A stretch of DNA of 64,000 nucleotides from an uncultured Gemmatimonadales bacterium (GTDB lineage: Bacteria > Gemmatimonadota > Gemmatimonadetes > Gemmatimonadales > Gemmatimonadaceae): positions 288,001 through 352,000 of the forward strand of contig CAWKNZ010000007.1 in assembly GCA_963851265.1 (NCBI GenBank), written 5' to 3'. The notes below the pieces were generated by a model, which saw only the letters and a list, made by a program, of their open reading frames with translations, was not told the DNA's origin and did not search any database. Each line of letters opens with the position of its first letter. Position 1 is the stretch's first letter. The position numbers were made by a program, and so were the translations under genes. Shown piece after piece: positions 8,262-18,321 of this stretch.

Positions 8262-10736
8262 TCACTGCATAGCGGCACGCCCCGCGCGCGCAGGCTTCAC
8301 GTACGTGTCGAGCCAACTGACCATCTCGGCCAGCGTGTGCCCGATGCTCTCGCGCGCCCGGTACCCGTGCGCCTCCGCGGGCAGCTGGACGTAGCGGACC
8401 TTCGCGCCGTTCCCCTTGAGCGCCGCGTAGTAACGCTCGCTCTGGATCGGAAACGTCCCCGTGTTGTCGTCGGCCATGCCGTGGATCAGCAGCAGCGGCG
8501 TGTGCACCGAGTCGGCGAAGGTGAACGGCGACATGGCCGTGTACAGACCCTGCGCGCGCCAGTAGTCGCGCTCCTCGCCCTGAAAGCCGAACGGGGTGAG
8601 CGTGCGGTTGTACGCCCCACTCCGCGCGATCCCGGCCCGGAAGAGGCTGGTGTGCGACAGCAGGTTGGCGGTCATGAACGCTCCGTACGAGTGCCCGCCC
8701 ACCGCCACACGGTCGCGGTCGCCGACGCCTAACGCGACCAGCTCGTCCACCGCGGCCCGCGCGCTCGACACGAGCTGCTCGACGTACGTGTCGTTCGGCT
8801 CGCGGCCGTCCCTGCCGACGATCGGCATCGTCGGGTTGTCCATCACGCCGTAGCCCTGCGTGAGCAGGAACAGCTCCGACGCGCCGGTCGGCCGCGTGAA
8901 CCGGTACGGCGAGCCGATCACCTGCGACGCGGCCGCGGCGGAGCCGTATTCCAGCGGATAGGCCCACAGGAAGAACGGCAACGGACCGTCACGCTTGGCG
9001 TCGTACCCGGCGGGCAGGTACACCGTCGCCGACAGGTCGACGCCGTCCGCGCGCTTGTACGTGACGAGCCGCGACGTCACGCCCGCAAACTGCGGTGCGG
9101 GGTCGCGGAAATTCGTCAGCTGCACGGGGGCCATCCGCCGCACCGCCTCGCGACGCCAGTAGTTGGGGACCTCGGTGACTCCCTCGCGCCGCGTGAGCAG
9201 CGTCGCGGCATCGGGATCGACGACGGCGACGGTTTCTTCGTAGTAGGGCGCGGCCGACCGGAACAGGCGCTCGGTCTTGCCCGTCGCGAGCTCGTACCGG
9301 TCGACGAACGGCCGGTCCCCCTCCGCCGACGCGCCCGTCCCGGTGAGGAACGCGTGGCGGCCGTCGCTCGACGTGAGCAGCACCGGACGCCCATTCGCGT
9401 TCGGCGCCGTCTCGAACCGGCCGGGGTCGGCGTACCGGTCCTCCGACGACCGGTCGAACACGAGCCGTGGCGCCTTGCTCGGGTCGCTCGGGTCGAACGC
9501 CCAGGTTCGCGTGCGACGGGTCCGCCGCCAGTTCTCGGTCACGAACGCGAGGTCGGTGCGCGCCCAGACGACGCCGGCCCCGCGGTAGCCGAGACGGGCG
9601 TGCTCGACCGGCGCGCCCGAGAACGGGGCCGAGAGCGAGCGGAGCACGTCGTGTGCGGCCACCTTGGTCTGCGGGTCGCCGCCGTCCAGCGCTTCGACCC
9701 AGGCGACCGTGGCCGGCGCGTCCGATCGCCACGCCACGTTGCGCGGCCCCACCGGCACCGCGTCGAACCGGCGCGACGCCTGCTCGTCGAGCGGGGCGTC
9801 GTCCACGACGCGCGCGACGCGCCCACTCAGCTCCCACACCTCGGTGCGGCTCGCGAACGCGCCGAACGGGACGAGGTACGAGTACGGCCGGTGCGCGGTC
9901 TCGACCAGCAGCCACCGGCCGTCGGGCGACGGCGCCACTCGCGTCCGCACCGCGGGCGTACCAACCGGCGTCCAGTGTCCGTCGAGCGTGGCGATCGCGA
10001 CCTGCGCCGTGGCGTAATGATCGAACTGCGCCTCGTCGTCCGGACTCTTGAGCAGGTCCTCGAACGTCGGGTTAGGCGCGGCCTTGCCGTCGGACTCCTG
10101 GACGATCGGGCCCGTCGGGACGGCCGACGCGGCCGGCGCCGGCCCGCGCGCCGCGGGCACGGTGAGGCACGCGACGCGCGCCGGCGACACCCAGGCGCAC
10201 GGCGCCGCGGTGGTCGCGGCGTTCAGCCGCGTGGCGCCCAACGCGCGCGCGACCACCGGCCCCGACGCGCCCGACACGGGCGCGTCGGCGACGAGCAGCG
10301 AGATGCCCGTCGGGCGCGTGAGCGTGAACGCGACGTGCCGCCGGTCGGGCGCCCACAGCGGCGCGCCGAGCCGCAACTCGCCCGCCACGCCCGGTACCAC
10401 CAGGGCGCGTGACGCCCCACCGTCGAGCGGTGTGAACGTGACGCCCGTGTAGGTCACGTCGCGCGACGGACCGTTGGTGCGCGGATTGATGCGCAGACCG
10501 GCGAGACGGAGTTCGGGCGCGCCGACCTCGCTGATCGGCGGAAGGCCGCGCCGCCGGAGCTGAACCAGCCACCGCCGGTCGGGACTGACGACCGCCGCCG
10601 GGAGGGGCTCCGCGTCGAGCATCTGCGCGATCGGCGCGGGGGGCTGCCGGTAGCCGGTCTGCCCGACCACTGGCGTTGCGGCCAGGGTCGCGAGTGCCGC
10701 CGCAACCGCGGGCGGTGTCGAGGGATGGAGGCGCAC
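8262..10736 (-). CDS. Secreted S9 prolyl-oligopeptidase-family peptidase
   Basis: Signal peptide, propeller-like region, nucleophile GHSYG, DDN, EAHGY. Confidence 0.92.
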   Translation of the reverse strand: MRLHPSTPPAVAAALATLAATPVVGQTGYRQPPAPIAQMLDAEPLPAAVVSPDRRWLVQLRRRGLPPISEVGAPELRLAGLRINPRTNGPSRDVTYTGVTFTPLDGGASRALVVPGVAGELRLGAPLWAPDRRHVAFTLTRPTGISLLVADAPVSGASGPVVARALGATRLNAATTAAPCAWVSPARVACLTVPAARGPAPAASAVPTGPIVQESDGKAAPNPTFEDLLKSPDDEAQFDHYATAQVAIATLDGHWTPVGTPAVRTRVAPSPDGRWLLVETAHRPYSYLVPFGAFASRTEVWELSGRVARVVDDAPLDEQASRRFDAVPVGPRNVAWRSDAPATVAWVEALDGGDPQTKVAAHDVLRSLSAPFSGAPVEHARLGYRGAGVVWARTDLAFVTENWRRTRRTRTWAFDPSDPSKAPRLVFDRSSEDRYADPGRFETAPNANGRPVLLTSSDGRHAFLTGTGASAEGDRPFVDRYELATGKTERLFRSAAPYYEETVAVVDPDAATLLTRREGVTEVPNYWRREAVRRMAPVQLTNFRDPAPQFAGVTSRLVTYKRADGVDLSATVYLPAGYDAKRDGPLPFFLWAYPLEYGSAAAASQVIGSPYRFTRPTGASELFLLTQGYGVMDNPTMPIVGRDGREPNDTYVEQLVSSARAAVDELVALGVGDRDRVAVGGHSYGAFMTANLLSHTSLFRAGIARSGAYNRTLTPFGFQGEERDYWRAQGLYTAMSPFTFADSVHTPLLLIHGMADDNTGTFPIQSERYYAALKGNGAKVRYVQLPAEAHGYRARESIGHTLAEMVSWLDTYVKPARAGRAAMQ

Positions 10737-10781
10737 GAGAGGTTGGCCGGTTGAGTTGCGGGGAATCGAACGCAGGTGACC

Positions 10782-11570
10782 TCAATACGCCTGAAGTGCC
10801 TCGAGCGCTCCGGTGCAACACCCACCACCGCAGGCCCCCCACACCGACATGTAGCCTTGGACCTGCGCGAACGCGAGCGTCCCGAGAACGGCCGACTTGC
10901 CACCGTGGCTGCCTCGCTCCGTCGGTGCACTCACGAAGTCGAAGCGTACGGGCGGATACGGGCGCACCGCCGCCGAATCGCTCGGGCGCTCCTGCCGCGA
11001 CAGAAACGGAACCGCGGCGCTCGCCGGCGACGCCGGCTTCGACAGATCGTACAGGAACATCTGCCACCGTCGCGGCTCGTACGTGTCGCGGTCGGTGGTC
11101 GCACCGTCTGAGTGGTACGCCAACACGAGGCAGTACCGACCCGCCGCCAAGCCGTTGTGCCCGTGCTCGAAGTCGATCTGTGCAAGCGCCTGTGGAGCAG
11201 ACTCGAACTCCTTCAGCGGCACCTCGTCCAGATCGCGACGGCCCACCATGATGACTTTCGTGTCGGCGACCCGAAACGACCGGCCGTCCAACCGCAGGGG
11301 CTGAGAGAGAATCGTGCTCTGTTGCTCCCAATGTGGATGCGCCGAGGCCGGCCCTTTGAACTCAGCGCAACTCGCCGGCTCACCGCCCGGTGGACGCGAC
11401 GGGCGGCGAAAGGGTGCAGGCACGGGCATCCGCGGCGTCGGTTGCGCCGCCGCCCTCTCGTACGCGGTCGACGTCGCGGTGAGCAGGATCATGGCCGGGG
11501 TCGCACACAGCCGGGCGGTCGCACGCACACGCGACCTGGACCCACCGCTTCGCCAAGCACGGTCCGCCAC
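10782..11570 (-). CDS. Hypothetical, possibly exported protein ending in WGACGGGCC
   Basis: Globular-looking composition, hydrophobic N-terminal segment before AAAQP; start uncertain (alternative ATG at 11492). Confidence 0.55.
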   Translation of the reverse strand: MADRAWRSGGSRSRVRATARLCATPAMILLTATSTAYERAAAQPTPRMPVPAPFRRPSRPPGGEPASCAEFKGPASAHPHWEQQSTILSQPLRLDGRSFRVADTKVIMVGRRDLDEVPLKEFESAPQALAQIDFEHGHNGLAAGRYCLVLAYHSDGATTDRDTYEPRRWQMFLYDLSKPASPASAAVPFLSRQERPSDSAAVRPYPPVRFDFVSAPTERGSHGGKSAVLGTLAFAQVQGYMSVWGACGGGCCTGALEALQAY

Positions 11571-11667
11571 ACGAGCCTCCGCCGTTCGAGGATGTCACTC
11601 ACGCCGGTGCCGGGTGCACGTGCGAGCGGCGACACGATGCAGTCGTCAGCCCCGGAGCGCCAGAGTG

Positions 11668-14600
11668 CTAGGATGGCGCCGCCGTGATCGGCACGACACC
11701 GTTTGCGCGCAACACGCTCGCGTCGGCATCCCGCCACAGCGCGGCGGCGCCGGCCGACGCGGCGCGACGCGCGTCGGTGTCGCCGACGTCATGACCCACG
11801 AGCCGCGCGCGCAACGCGAGCGCGCGCCCGACCGCCGCGGCGCGCGGCACGTCGTCCAGCATGTGCGTGTTCTGATTCGGCAACTGTCCAATCGCGCCAC
11901 CGAGTGTCGCGATCGCGGTGGCGGTGTCGCCAGCCCATGCCTGCAGCCAGGCCTCCTGAAACACCGCGTCGAGCGTCGCTACGATCCCGACCGACGCGCG
12001 CCGTCGCGCCACCGCGGCGAGTGCCGTGCGTGCCGCATCGGCATGGCCCCGAGCGGCCGCTCGTTGGGCCACGAGCAGGTACCATCCGGTGGTGTCGTCG
12101 GGGAGCGCCTCGTGCAGTTCCGGGAACGACAGCACGACGAGCCGCCGGAAGAACCCCGCCCGCACGTCGGCGCTCGTGAGCGCGCCCACCTGCGTGAGCA
12201 ACGCCGCGCCGCGATCGCGAGCGGCGACCACGCTGTCGTGTGGCGCGCCGAGGCTCGCGTACGCGACGCCGGCGGCGAGCGCCGCGCGACCCGCTCCGAC
12301 GGGAGCGGGCAATTCGTCGTCGGGCGTCACGCTTCTATCGCGCGCGGCGATCCGAAGGAGCGCGGCCGAATTGTTCGCACGCCCGATGAGCGCGTTCGCG
12401 ACTGCGAGCGCGGCCGCCGTCGCTGGGGTCGGCGTGGGAACGTCGGCCATCATCCGTTCGGCGGCCACGCGAGCGTCCACGAACCGCTGGAGCTTCACCA
12501 GCAGGCGCAACTCGGCCAGCCCGAGGCGCATGGCCGGCATGCTGTCGCGCGGCGCATGAAGCCGCGCCGCGCGGACGACGTCGAGCGCTCCGGGGCCGCC
12601 GTCGTTCGCCAGACGCCCGAGCGATTCGAGCGCCACCGCGCGCAACTCGGCCGCGTCTACGCTTCGCGGAAACGCGTCTGCCCATCGTTCGGCCACGTCG
12701 AGCAGCACGCGGCGGTTGCTGGCGAGGGCGGCGGCCGTGGTCGTCGGCATCGTCCACGGACGCGCAGCGGCATGGTCGGCGCGCGGGTAGGGGGTGAACG
12801 CGAGCGTGTCCGCGTTGACCGCGGGCAGCGCGGCCATCGACGTCGTATCGCCGCCGTTCACCGCGTACCCCGCTCGCCATTGCGTGCCGCTCGTCATGAG
12901 CAACCGCGGGAGGTAGGTCACCGCGCGCCCGCCGAACGCGAGGTGGACGCTCGGTACGCTGCTGAGCACGCGCCGGTACGCGTCGATCGCGCCGCGATAG
13001 CTCGACCGGAACCGCCACCCGCTCGGGCTCGCGGGGTCGCGCACGACGAGCGAGTCCTTGGCCTGGCAATCGCCGAGTCCATACCACGACGCGAAATCCA
13101 TCGAGTCACGGCGCACGAGTGCCAGATACCGCCTGCACGCGTCCGGATACCGCCCGTCGGCGAGCGCCGCGAGTGCGCGCGCCGCCTCGCCGTCGGCCGG
13201 CGCCATGCGCTGCGCCAGTGCCGTGGCGCGAGTCGCGGCGCGCTGCCACTCGACACGCGGCGCGTCGAGCATCCACGCGTACGCCTGCGCACGCCACCGG
13301 TGCGCGAGGGCGTACTCCGGGTCGAGCGCCGCCGCCTCCCCGAACGCCTGCGCCGCCCCGTCGAGGTCCCAGCGCGCGAGCAAATCGTGCCCGCGGTCGT
13401 ACGCGCGCCACGCACCGAGCGACGTCGTGCCTAACGCGCCCGGAACCGACAATCGGCTCCGCGCCGTCCCGAGCAGCAGCGAATCGGCGAGCTCGGCGAA
13501 CCCGCGACTCAACTCGTCCAGCGCGATGGCCGGCCGGATCGTATGCTCGCGCCGCGTGCTGTCCGGGCGCGCGACGTCGTAGAGCGCGGCCCGCACTGCG
13601 ACGCGCACCGGAGGCCGGCCTTCCGCGGCCGTCCGTTCACCCGACTCCGCGCGGGGCGCGCGAGCGATCGTTCCCCATGCGAGCCGGCCGGCTCCCAACT
13701 CTCGCGCGATCGCCACCGCCTCGGCGAGCGACCGCGGCGCTCCGATCCCGCGTCGCGTGAGCGCGTCGTTCACGCGCGTCGCGTTCACGACACGCAGGTC
13801 CGTCCACCGAGTCATTGCGTCGAGCAGCAGCTGCTCGGCGTCGCGACCGTCGAGCGCCGTGCTCGCGGGCGGCCGCGCGCCGCCTGCAGTCTCCTCCGCC
13901 GGCGCTGGCGAGGTTCGCTCGTCAGCGAATGGCAGCACGACGACGAGCGCGGGGTCAGCGGCACCGGTCGCGCTCGACAAACCCGGAATCAATCCCGCCC
14001 ACACGCCGGCGGCGGCGACCACGGCGAGCACCGCCGTGCCAGCCGCGACGAGCTGCAGGCGGACGCGGCGACCGCCGCGCGACGCGCGCTCGCCGGCAAG
14101 CAGGACGGCCGCGGCGCGCACGTCCGCCCCGAACGCATCGACCGTGTGATATCGCTCGGCCGGATCGAGCGCGAGCGCCCGCCGGAGGATCGCGTCCACC
14201 GCACGCGCGACCGACGCGGAGAGTCCGACCCGCGCGCCGATCTGCGGCGTGGGGATGGTGAGACGGCGCCGCAGCGCTTCGCCGGGCGTCGGCGCGTCGG
14301 CGTGCGGCGGCGTGCCGGCGAGCATCTCGTACAGCACGACGCCGAGCGACCACACGTCCACGCGTGAGTCGACACTCGGGTCCCCCGTCACCTGTTCTGG
14401 TGCCATGTACGCCGGGGTGCCGACCGCGTGCCCGGCGCGCGTCAGCTTCGTCGCGGCCCCGCGCTCCCCGGAGCTGTCCAACGTCATGCCACCCGCGTCC
14501 GGCTCGGTCCAGCGCGCGATTCCAAAATCGCAGACCAGCGTGTGCCACCGCGCCGGCCCCCCGCTGGTCGGGGTGCCCGGTCCCGTGTAACCGGAGAGCA

Positions 14601-15045
14601 GAACGTTTTCCGGTTTGATGTCGCGGTGCACGACGCCAGACGCGTGCGCATAGGCCAGCGCTTCCGCCAACTCGCCGGCAATCCGGAGTGCATCGACCGG
14701 TGGCAGCGCGCCCTCGCGCACTAGCCGCGCGCGCAGCGTGACGCCCTCGACGTAGGGCATGGCGAAATACAGCGCCCCGCCGGCCTCGCCCGAATCGTAC
14801 AGCGCCAGGATATGTGGGTGCTGCAGGCGCCCCACCATCTCGATCTCGCGCCTGAACCGGCGCGCGGCGTCCGCGGGGCGGGTGTGCGCGGCAAGAACTT
14901 TCAGCGCGACCCGGCGCCGGATCTTGCGGTCTCGTGCGAGGAATACCACCGCGGAGCCACCGCGGCCGATCTCGCGCTCGACGACGTACCGAGCCGCGAG
15001 ATCGGCCGCGAACTGCGCCTCGACGGCGTTTGACTCAGCCTGCAC
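11668..15045 (-). CDS. Hanks-type Ser/Thr protein kinase with TM helix and a TPR-like C-terminal region
   Basis: IGRGGSAVV, VALK, HRDIKPEN, DFG, GTPAYMAPE, DVWSLG; TM helix; TPR-like AAALDPEYALAH; GTG start at 15045. Confidence 0.9.
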   Translation of the reverse strand: MQAESNAVEAQFAADLAARYVVEREIGRGGSAVVFLARDRKIRRRVALKVLAAHTRPADAARRFRREIEMVGRLQHPHILALYDSGEAGGALYFAMPYVEGVTLRARLVREGALPPVDALRIAGELAEALAYAHASGVVHRDIKPENVLLSGYTGPGTPTSGGPARWHTLVCDFGIARWTEPDAGGMTLDSSGERGAATKLTRAGHAVGTPAYMAPEQVTGDPSVDSRVDVWSLGVVLYEMLAGTPPHADAPTPGEALRRRLTIPTPQIGARVGLSASVARAVDAILRRALALDPAERYHTVDAFGADVRAAAVLLAGERASRGGRRVRLQLVAAGTAVLAVVAAAGVWAGLIPGLSSATGAADPALVVVLPFADERTSPAPAEETAGGARPPASTALDGRDAEQLLLDAMTRWTDLRVVNATRVNDALTRRGIGAPRSLAEAVAIARELGAGRLAWGTIARAPRAESGERTAAEGRPPVRVAVRAALYDVARPDSTRREHTIRPAIALDELSRGFAELADSLLLGTARSRLSVPGALGTTSLGAWRAYDRGHDLLARWDLDGAAQAFGEAAALDPEYALAHRWRAQAYAWMLDAPRVEWQRAATRATALAQRMAPADGEAARALAALADGRYPDACRRYLALVRRDSMDFASWYGLGDCQAKDSLVVRDPASPSGWRFRSSYRGAIDAYRRVLSSVPSVHLAFGGRAVTYLPRLLMTSGTQWRAGYAVNGGDTTSMAALPAVNADTLAFTPYPRADHAAARPWTMPTTTAAALASNRRVLLDVAERWADAFPRSVDAAELRAVALESLGRLANDGGPGALDVVRAARLHAPRDSMPAMRLGLAELRLLVKLQRFVDARVAAERMMADVPTPTPATAAALAVANALIGRANNSAALLRIAARDRSVTPDDELPAPVGAGRAALAAGVAYASLGAPHDSVVAARDRGAALLTQVGALTSADVRAGFFRRLVVLSFPELHEALPDDTTGWYLLVAQRAAARGHADAARTALAAVARRRASVGIVATLDAVFQEAWLQAWAGDTATAIATLGGAIGQLPNQNTHMLDDVPRAAAVGRALALRARLVGHDVGDTDARRAASAGAAALWRDADASVLRANGVVPITAAPS

Positions 15046-15101
15046 GAAAGTCCGGGTGCGAGTGGCGCCTATTGTACTACCGCCGGCGCGCAGCGGCAAA
15101 G

Positions 15102-18100
15102 CTACGCGGTCGGAACCGCTCCGCCCCCCCGCTCCGCCGCGCGCACCCACGCCTCGAGCACCCCGTCGCGCACGTCCTCCGCGCGGCGCCGGACGAGCGG
15201 CACGAGCTGCGTCAGCGCCTGACGCGCCCCCGCCACGTCCCCCGACCGCAGCGCGGCGACGACGCCGCCGTCGAGTAACAGCTCCGCGTCTACCCACCGG
15301 TCGCCGCGCGCCGCGTCCTCGCGGAGCGCCCGCCCGGCCATGTTCGCCTCCGCCCAGTCGTACGCCGCGAGCCCGTGCACGAAGTGCAGTGCCGCGAGCG
15401 CCTCGGGCGGCGCGCCGGCCACCTGGACATACGCGAACGTGCGCGCGTAGAACGCCGAGTCCGCCACGCCGGCCGTCCCGCCGTGCAGGTCCGCCTCGCA
15501 CTCGAGCGCCTGCGCAATGAACCGGCGCCAGTCGGCGGGCGCGCGCCGCGTCGCGAGCACCGCCTCGTACGCCGCGCGGCGGTACACCGCGTCGCGCGTC
15601 CACCCCTCGTCCTCGCGCGACAGGCCGAGCATCGGTGCCTCGCCGCCACCGCCCGGCGAGCGCGCCATCGCCTCGCGCGCGTCCCACGCCATCCGCACCG
15701 CGGCGCCGCGGGCCAGCGCGAGGTGCCGCGGCATCGCGATCGGCGACACCGGCCGGGTCGTGAACCCGAACCGCCACCCGCGCATGCCGGCGACGGGGTC
15801 GAACCGGCCTAACGGCAGCCCGCGGTAGCCCGACGCGCTCCGCCGCTGGTACCGCGTCCGCTCGGCGCCGAGGTCGAGCACCGGGTGGTAGTCCGAGTTC
15901 ACCGGCGCGTAGCCCGCCAGCAGCGGCGCGAGCGCGGCGCGGTCGGCGAGGATCGCCGCGGCGAGCGTGGCCGAGTCGAGCGGGAGCGCGTGCCGGAGGT
16001 CGGAAACGAGCGCCGGCGCGTTCACCACGCGCCAGTCCGGCGCCGGCAGCGTGCGGCCGTTGGTCGCGACGACGAGAATGTCGGCCGGCGACACCAGGTA
16101 GACGGCGTACGCCGGAAAGTGCCGGTGCAGCGCGGCCAGTACCGACGTGACGAGCGGGTCGTCGATCTCGTAGAGGTGCAGCCACTGGCCGAACACTCCC
16201 CCCGGCGCGAGGTACCGCGTGACGCGCGCGTAGAACTCGTCGGTGAACAGCCCCGACACGCCGCTCACCCACGGGTTGCTCGGCTCGCTCAGAATGAGGT
16301 CGAACCGCCGCCCGGCGCCGGCGAAGTACGCCTTCGCGTCGTCCAGCACGAACGCCGAGCGGGGGTCGTCGAAGACGCGCCGGTTGGCCGGGTAGAACTG
16401 CCGCGAGCCGCGAATCATCATCGGCTCGATGTCGACCGTGCGGAGCGCGCGCAGGGCGGGGGAGCCTAATAGCAAGTGCGACGTCATCCCCGACCCCTCG
16501 CCGATCACCACGCCCGTACGCGCCGCCGGCGCGTAGGCGAGTGTGATGAGCGGCAGCAACACCTGCGTCACCTGATCGCCCTCGATCGGGCGCCGCGCGG
16601 TGTCGCCCGCGGGCGGACGTATCCAGTCGAGCGAGAGCGACGCGTCGGGCTTGCCGTTGGTCGCGAGCGAGAGCATCCGCGACTCGACGTGCCGGCGCAC
16701 GCTCACCGTCGCCGTACGCCCGTCGGCGTAGAACGGGATCGCGAAGTCCTTCGGATCGGACACCTGCGCGTAGCGGTACACCCCGCTCGTGAGCACCGCG
16801 GGGTCGAACGACGTCGACGCGGCCAGCAGGACGAGAATCACCGTTCCCGCGGCCGCGACGGGGAGGTAGGCGCGCGCCTGCGCCTCCACCCCCGCGAGTC
16901 GCGGGCGCCGCGGGCGCGCCTCGGCCCCACTCGTCCGGACGAGGGGCGTCGCGCGTTCCGGCGCGCCGTCGGCGCGCTCTCCGTCGTCCTCGGCGTCGGC
17001 CGCGCGCGCCAGAGCCGGGCCCTGGACGAGCAGCCACACCCCGAGCCCGACGTCGACGAGCGCACCGAACACGAGCAGCCACTTGAGTCCGAGCAGCGGC
17101 AGCAGCACGAGCCCGGCCGCGGCCGCCCCGACGATCGATCCGAGCGTGTTGACCGCGTACACCTGCCCGATCGCGCCCTCGCCGGCACCGCGCGCGAGCA
17201 GCACGCGCGTGATGAGCGGCAGCGTGATCCCCGCGCAGAAGGTCGCCGGGAGCATCACCGCGAGACACAGCCCGTAGCGCGCGACGCTGAACGCCGTGTA
17301 CCCCTCGGGCGTGAGGTCGAGCGCGGCGAGCAGCCACGCCATCGCCCGGAAGCTCCACAGGTACACGGGGAGCGTCGCGATCGCGAGCGAGCCCATGACC
17401 CACTGCGTGAGTCCGAGCGCCGCGACCGGGTCGCTGAACCGGTCGGCACGCGCACGCACCCACCACGCCCCGAGCGCGAGTCCGAGAATGAACGCCGACA
17501 GCATCAGTTCGAACGAGTGCGTCGCCGAGCCCACGACGAGCGACAGCATGCGGATCCATGCGATCTCGTAGACGAACGACGACGCGGCGGTCCCGAACGC
17601 GACCGCGAGAAGCGTGCGCAGAACCAGGCGCGACACGCCGCCGCGCGTCGGCAGGGTCGGTGGCGCAGGTGCGGCGCCCTCCTCCTCGTCCCCGCGGGCC
17701 ACGCCGAACGCACCGACCGCGACGATCGCGTTGCAGGCCGCCGCCGCCACGAGCGTGCCCGGCAGTCCGACGCGCGCCAGCAGGCTGTACCCGGCGACCA
17801 GCACGCCGCCGGCCGCGCCTAACGAGTTGGCGAAGTAGAGCAGCGCGAGCACGCGTCCCGGCGCGCCCGGGGCGCGTCGCAGCGCCCCCGCGCTCATGAG
17901 CGGGAACGTCGCCCCGAGCAATACGCTCTGGGGCAGGATGAGCACCGCGGCGAGCGTCCATTTCGCGACCGTGACGAGCGCGCCGCCCCCGGCCGCGCCG
18001 AGCGCGGGGAAGAGCCCGTCGTACGCGCCGTTGGTGACGGCGACGAACAGCGGATGGAAGACGAGGCCGATCGCGCCGACCGCGAGCTCGACGCCGGCGT

Positions 18101-18314
18101 ACCAGAGCAGCGGCTCGCGGAGCCGGGCCGACCGCCGCCCGACGAGGTGAGCGCCGAGCGACATGCCGCCCAGGAAGATGACGAGCACGAGCAGCTGCGC
18201 GTACGCGCTGTGCCCGACGAACAGGCCGAGGTACCGCGTCCAGATCGATTCGTACATCAGGCCGGCCGCGCCCGAGAGCACGAACAGCGCGACGAGTGCG
18301 GGAAGAACCGGCAT
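15102..18314 (-). CDS. Fused MFS-like membrane / spermidine-synthase-like SAM-binding protein
   Basis: Two repeated membrane halves (SGAAGLMYE..W.R.L; YEIAW.R.L; Y..NTLG), IGEGSGMT, VDIEP, DDAK, ILSEPSNPW. Confidence 0.88.
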   Translation of the reverse strand: MPVLPALVALFVLSGAAGLMYESIWTRYLGLFVGHSAYAQLLVLVIFLGGMSLGAHLVGRRSARLREPLLWYAGVELAVGAIGLVFHPLFVAVTNGAYDGLFPALGAAGGGALVTVAKWTLAAVLILPQSVLLGATFPLMSAGALRRAPGAPGRVLALLYFANSLGAAGGVLVAGYSLLARVGLPGTLVAAAACNAIVAVGAFGVARGDEEEGAAPAPPTLPTRGGVSRLVLRTLLAVAFGTAASSFVYEIAWIRMLSLVVGSATHSFELMLSAFILGLALGAWWVRARADRFSDPVAALGLTQWVMGSLAIATLPVYLWSFRAMAWLLAALDLTPEGYTAFSVARYGLCLAVMLPATFCAGITLPLITRVLLARGAGEGAIGQVYAVNTLGSIVGAAAAGLVLLPLLGLKWLLVFGALVDVGLGVWLLVQGPALARAADAEDDGERADGAPERATPLVRTSGAEARPRRPRLAGVEAQARAYLPVAAAGTVILVLLAASTSFDPAVLTSGVYRYAQVSDPKDFAIPFYADGRTATVSVRRHVESRMLSLATNGKPDASLSLDWIRPPAGDTARRPIEGDQVTQVLLPLITLAYAPAARTGVVIGEGSGMTSHLLLGSPALRALRTVDIEPMMIRGSRQFYPANRRVFDDPRSAFVLDDAKAYFAGAGRRFDLILSEPSNPWVSGVSGLFTDEFYARVTRYLAPGGVFGQWLHLYEIDDPLVTSVLAALHRHFPAYAVYLVSPADILVVATNGRTLPAPDWRVVNAPALVSDLRHALPLDSATLAAAILADRAALAPLLAGYAPVNSDYHPVLDLGAERTRYQRRSASGYRGLPLGRFDPVAGMRGWRFGFTTRPVSPIAMPRHLALARGAAVRMAWDAREAMARSPGGGGEAPMLGLSREDEGWTRDAVYRRAAYEAVLATRRAPADWRRFIAQALECEADLHGGTAGVADSAFYARTFAYVQVAGAPPEALAALHFVHGLAAYDWAEANMAGRALREDAARGDRWVDAELLLDGGVVAALRSGDVAGARQALTQLVPLVRRRAEDVRDGVLEAWVRAAERGGGAVPTA

Positions 18315-18321
18315 GCCCCCC

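Noticed and set aside
11668..17961. 2097-aa ORF as a single giant protein
   Set aside because: The N-terminal ~970 aa is an Arg/Ala-rich shadow frame over the spermidine-synthase-like gene; only 11668-15045 carries kinase motifs.
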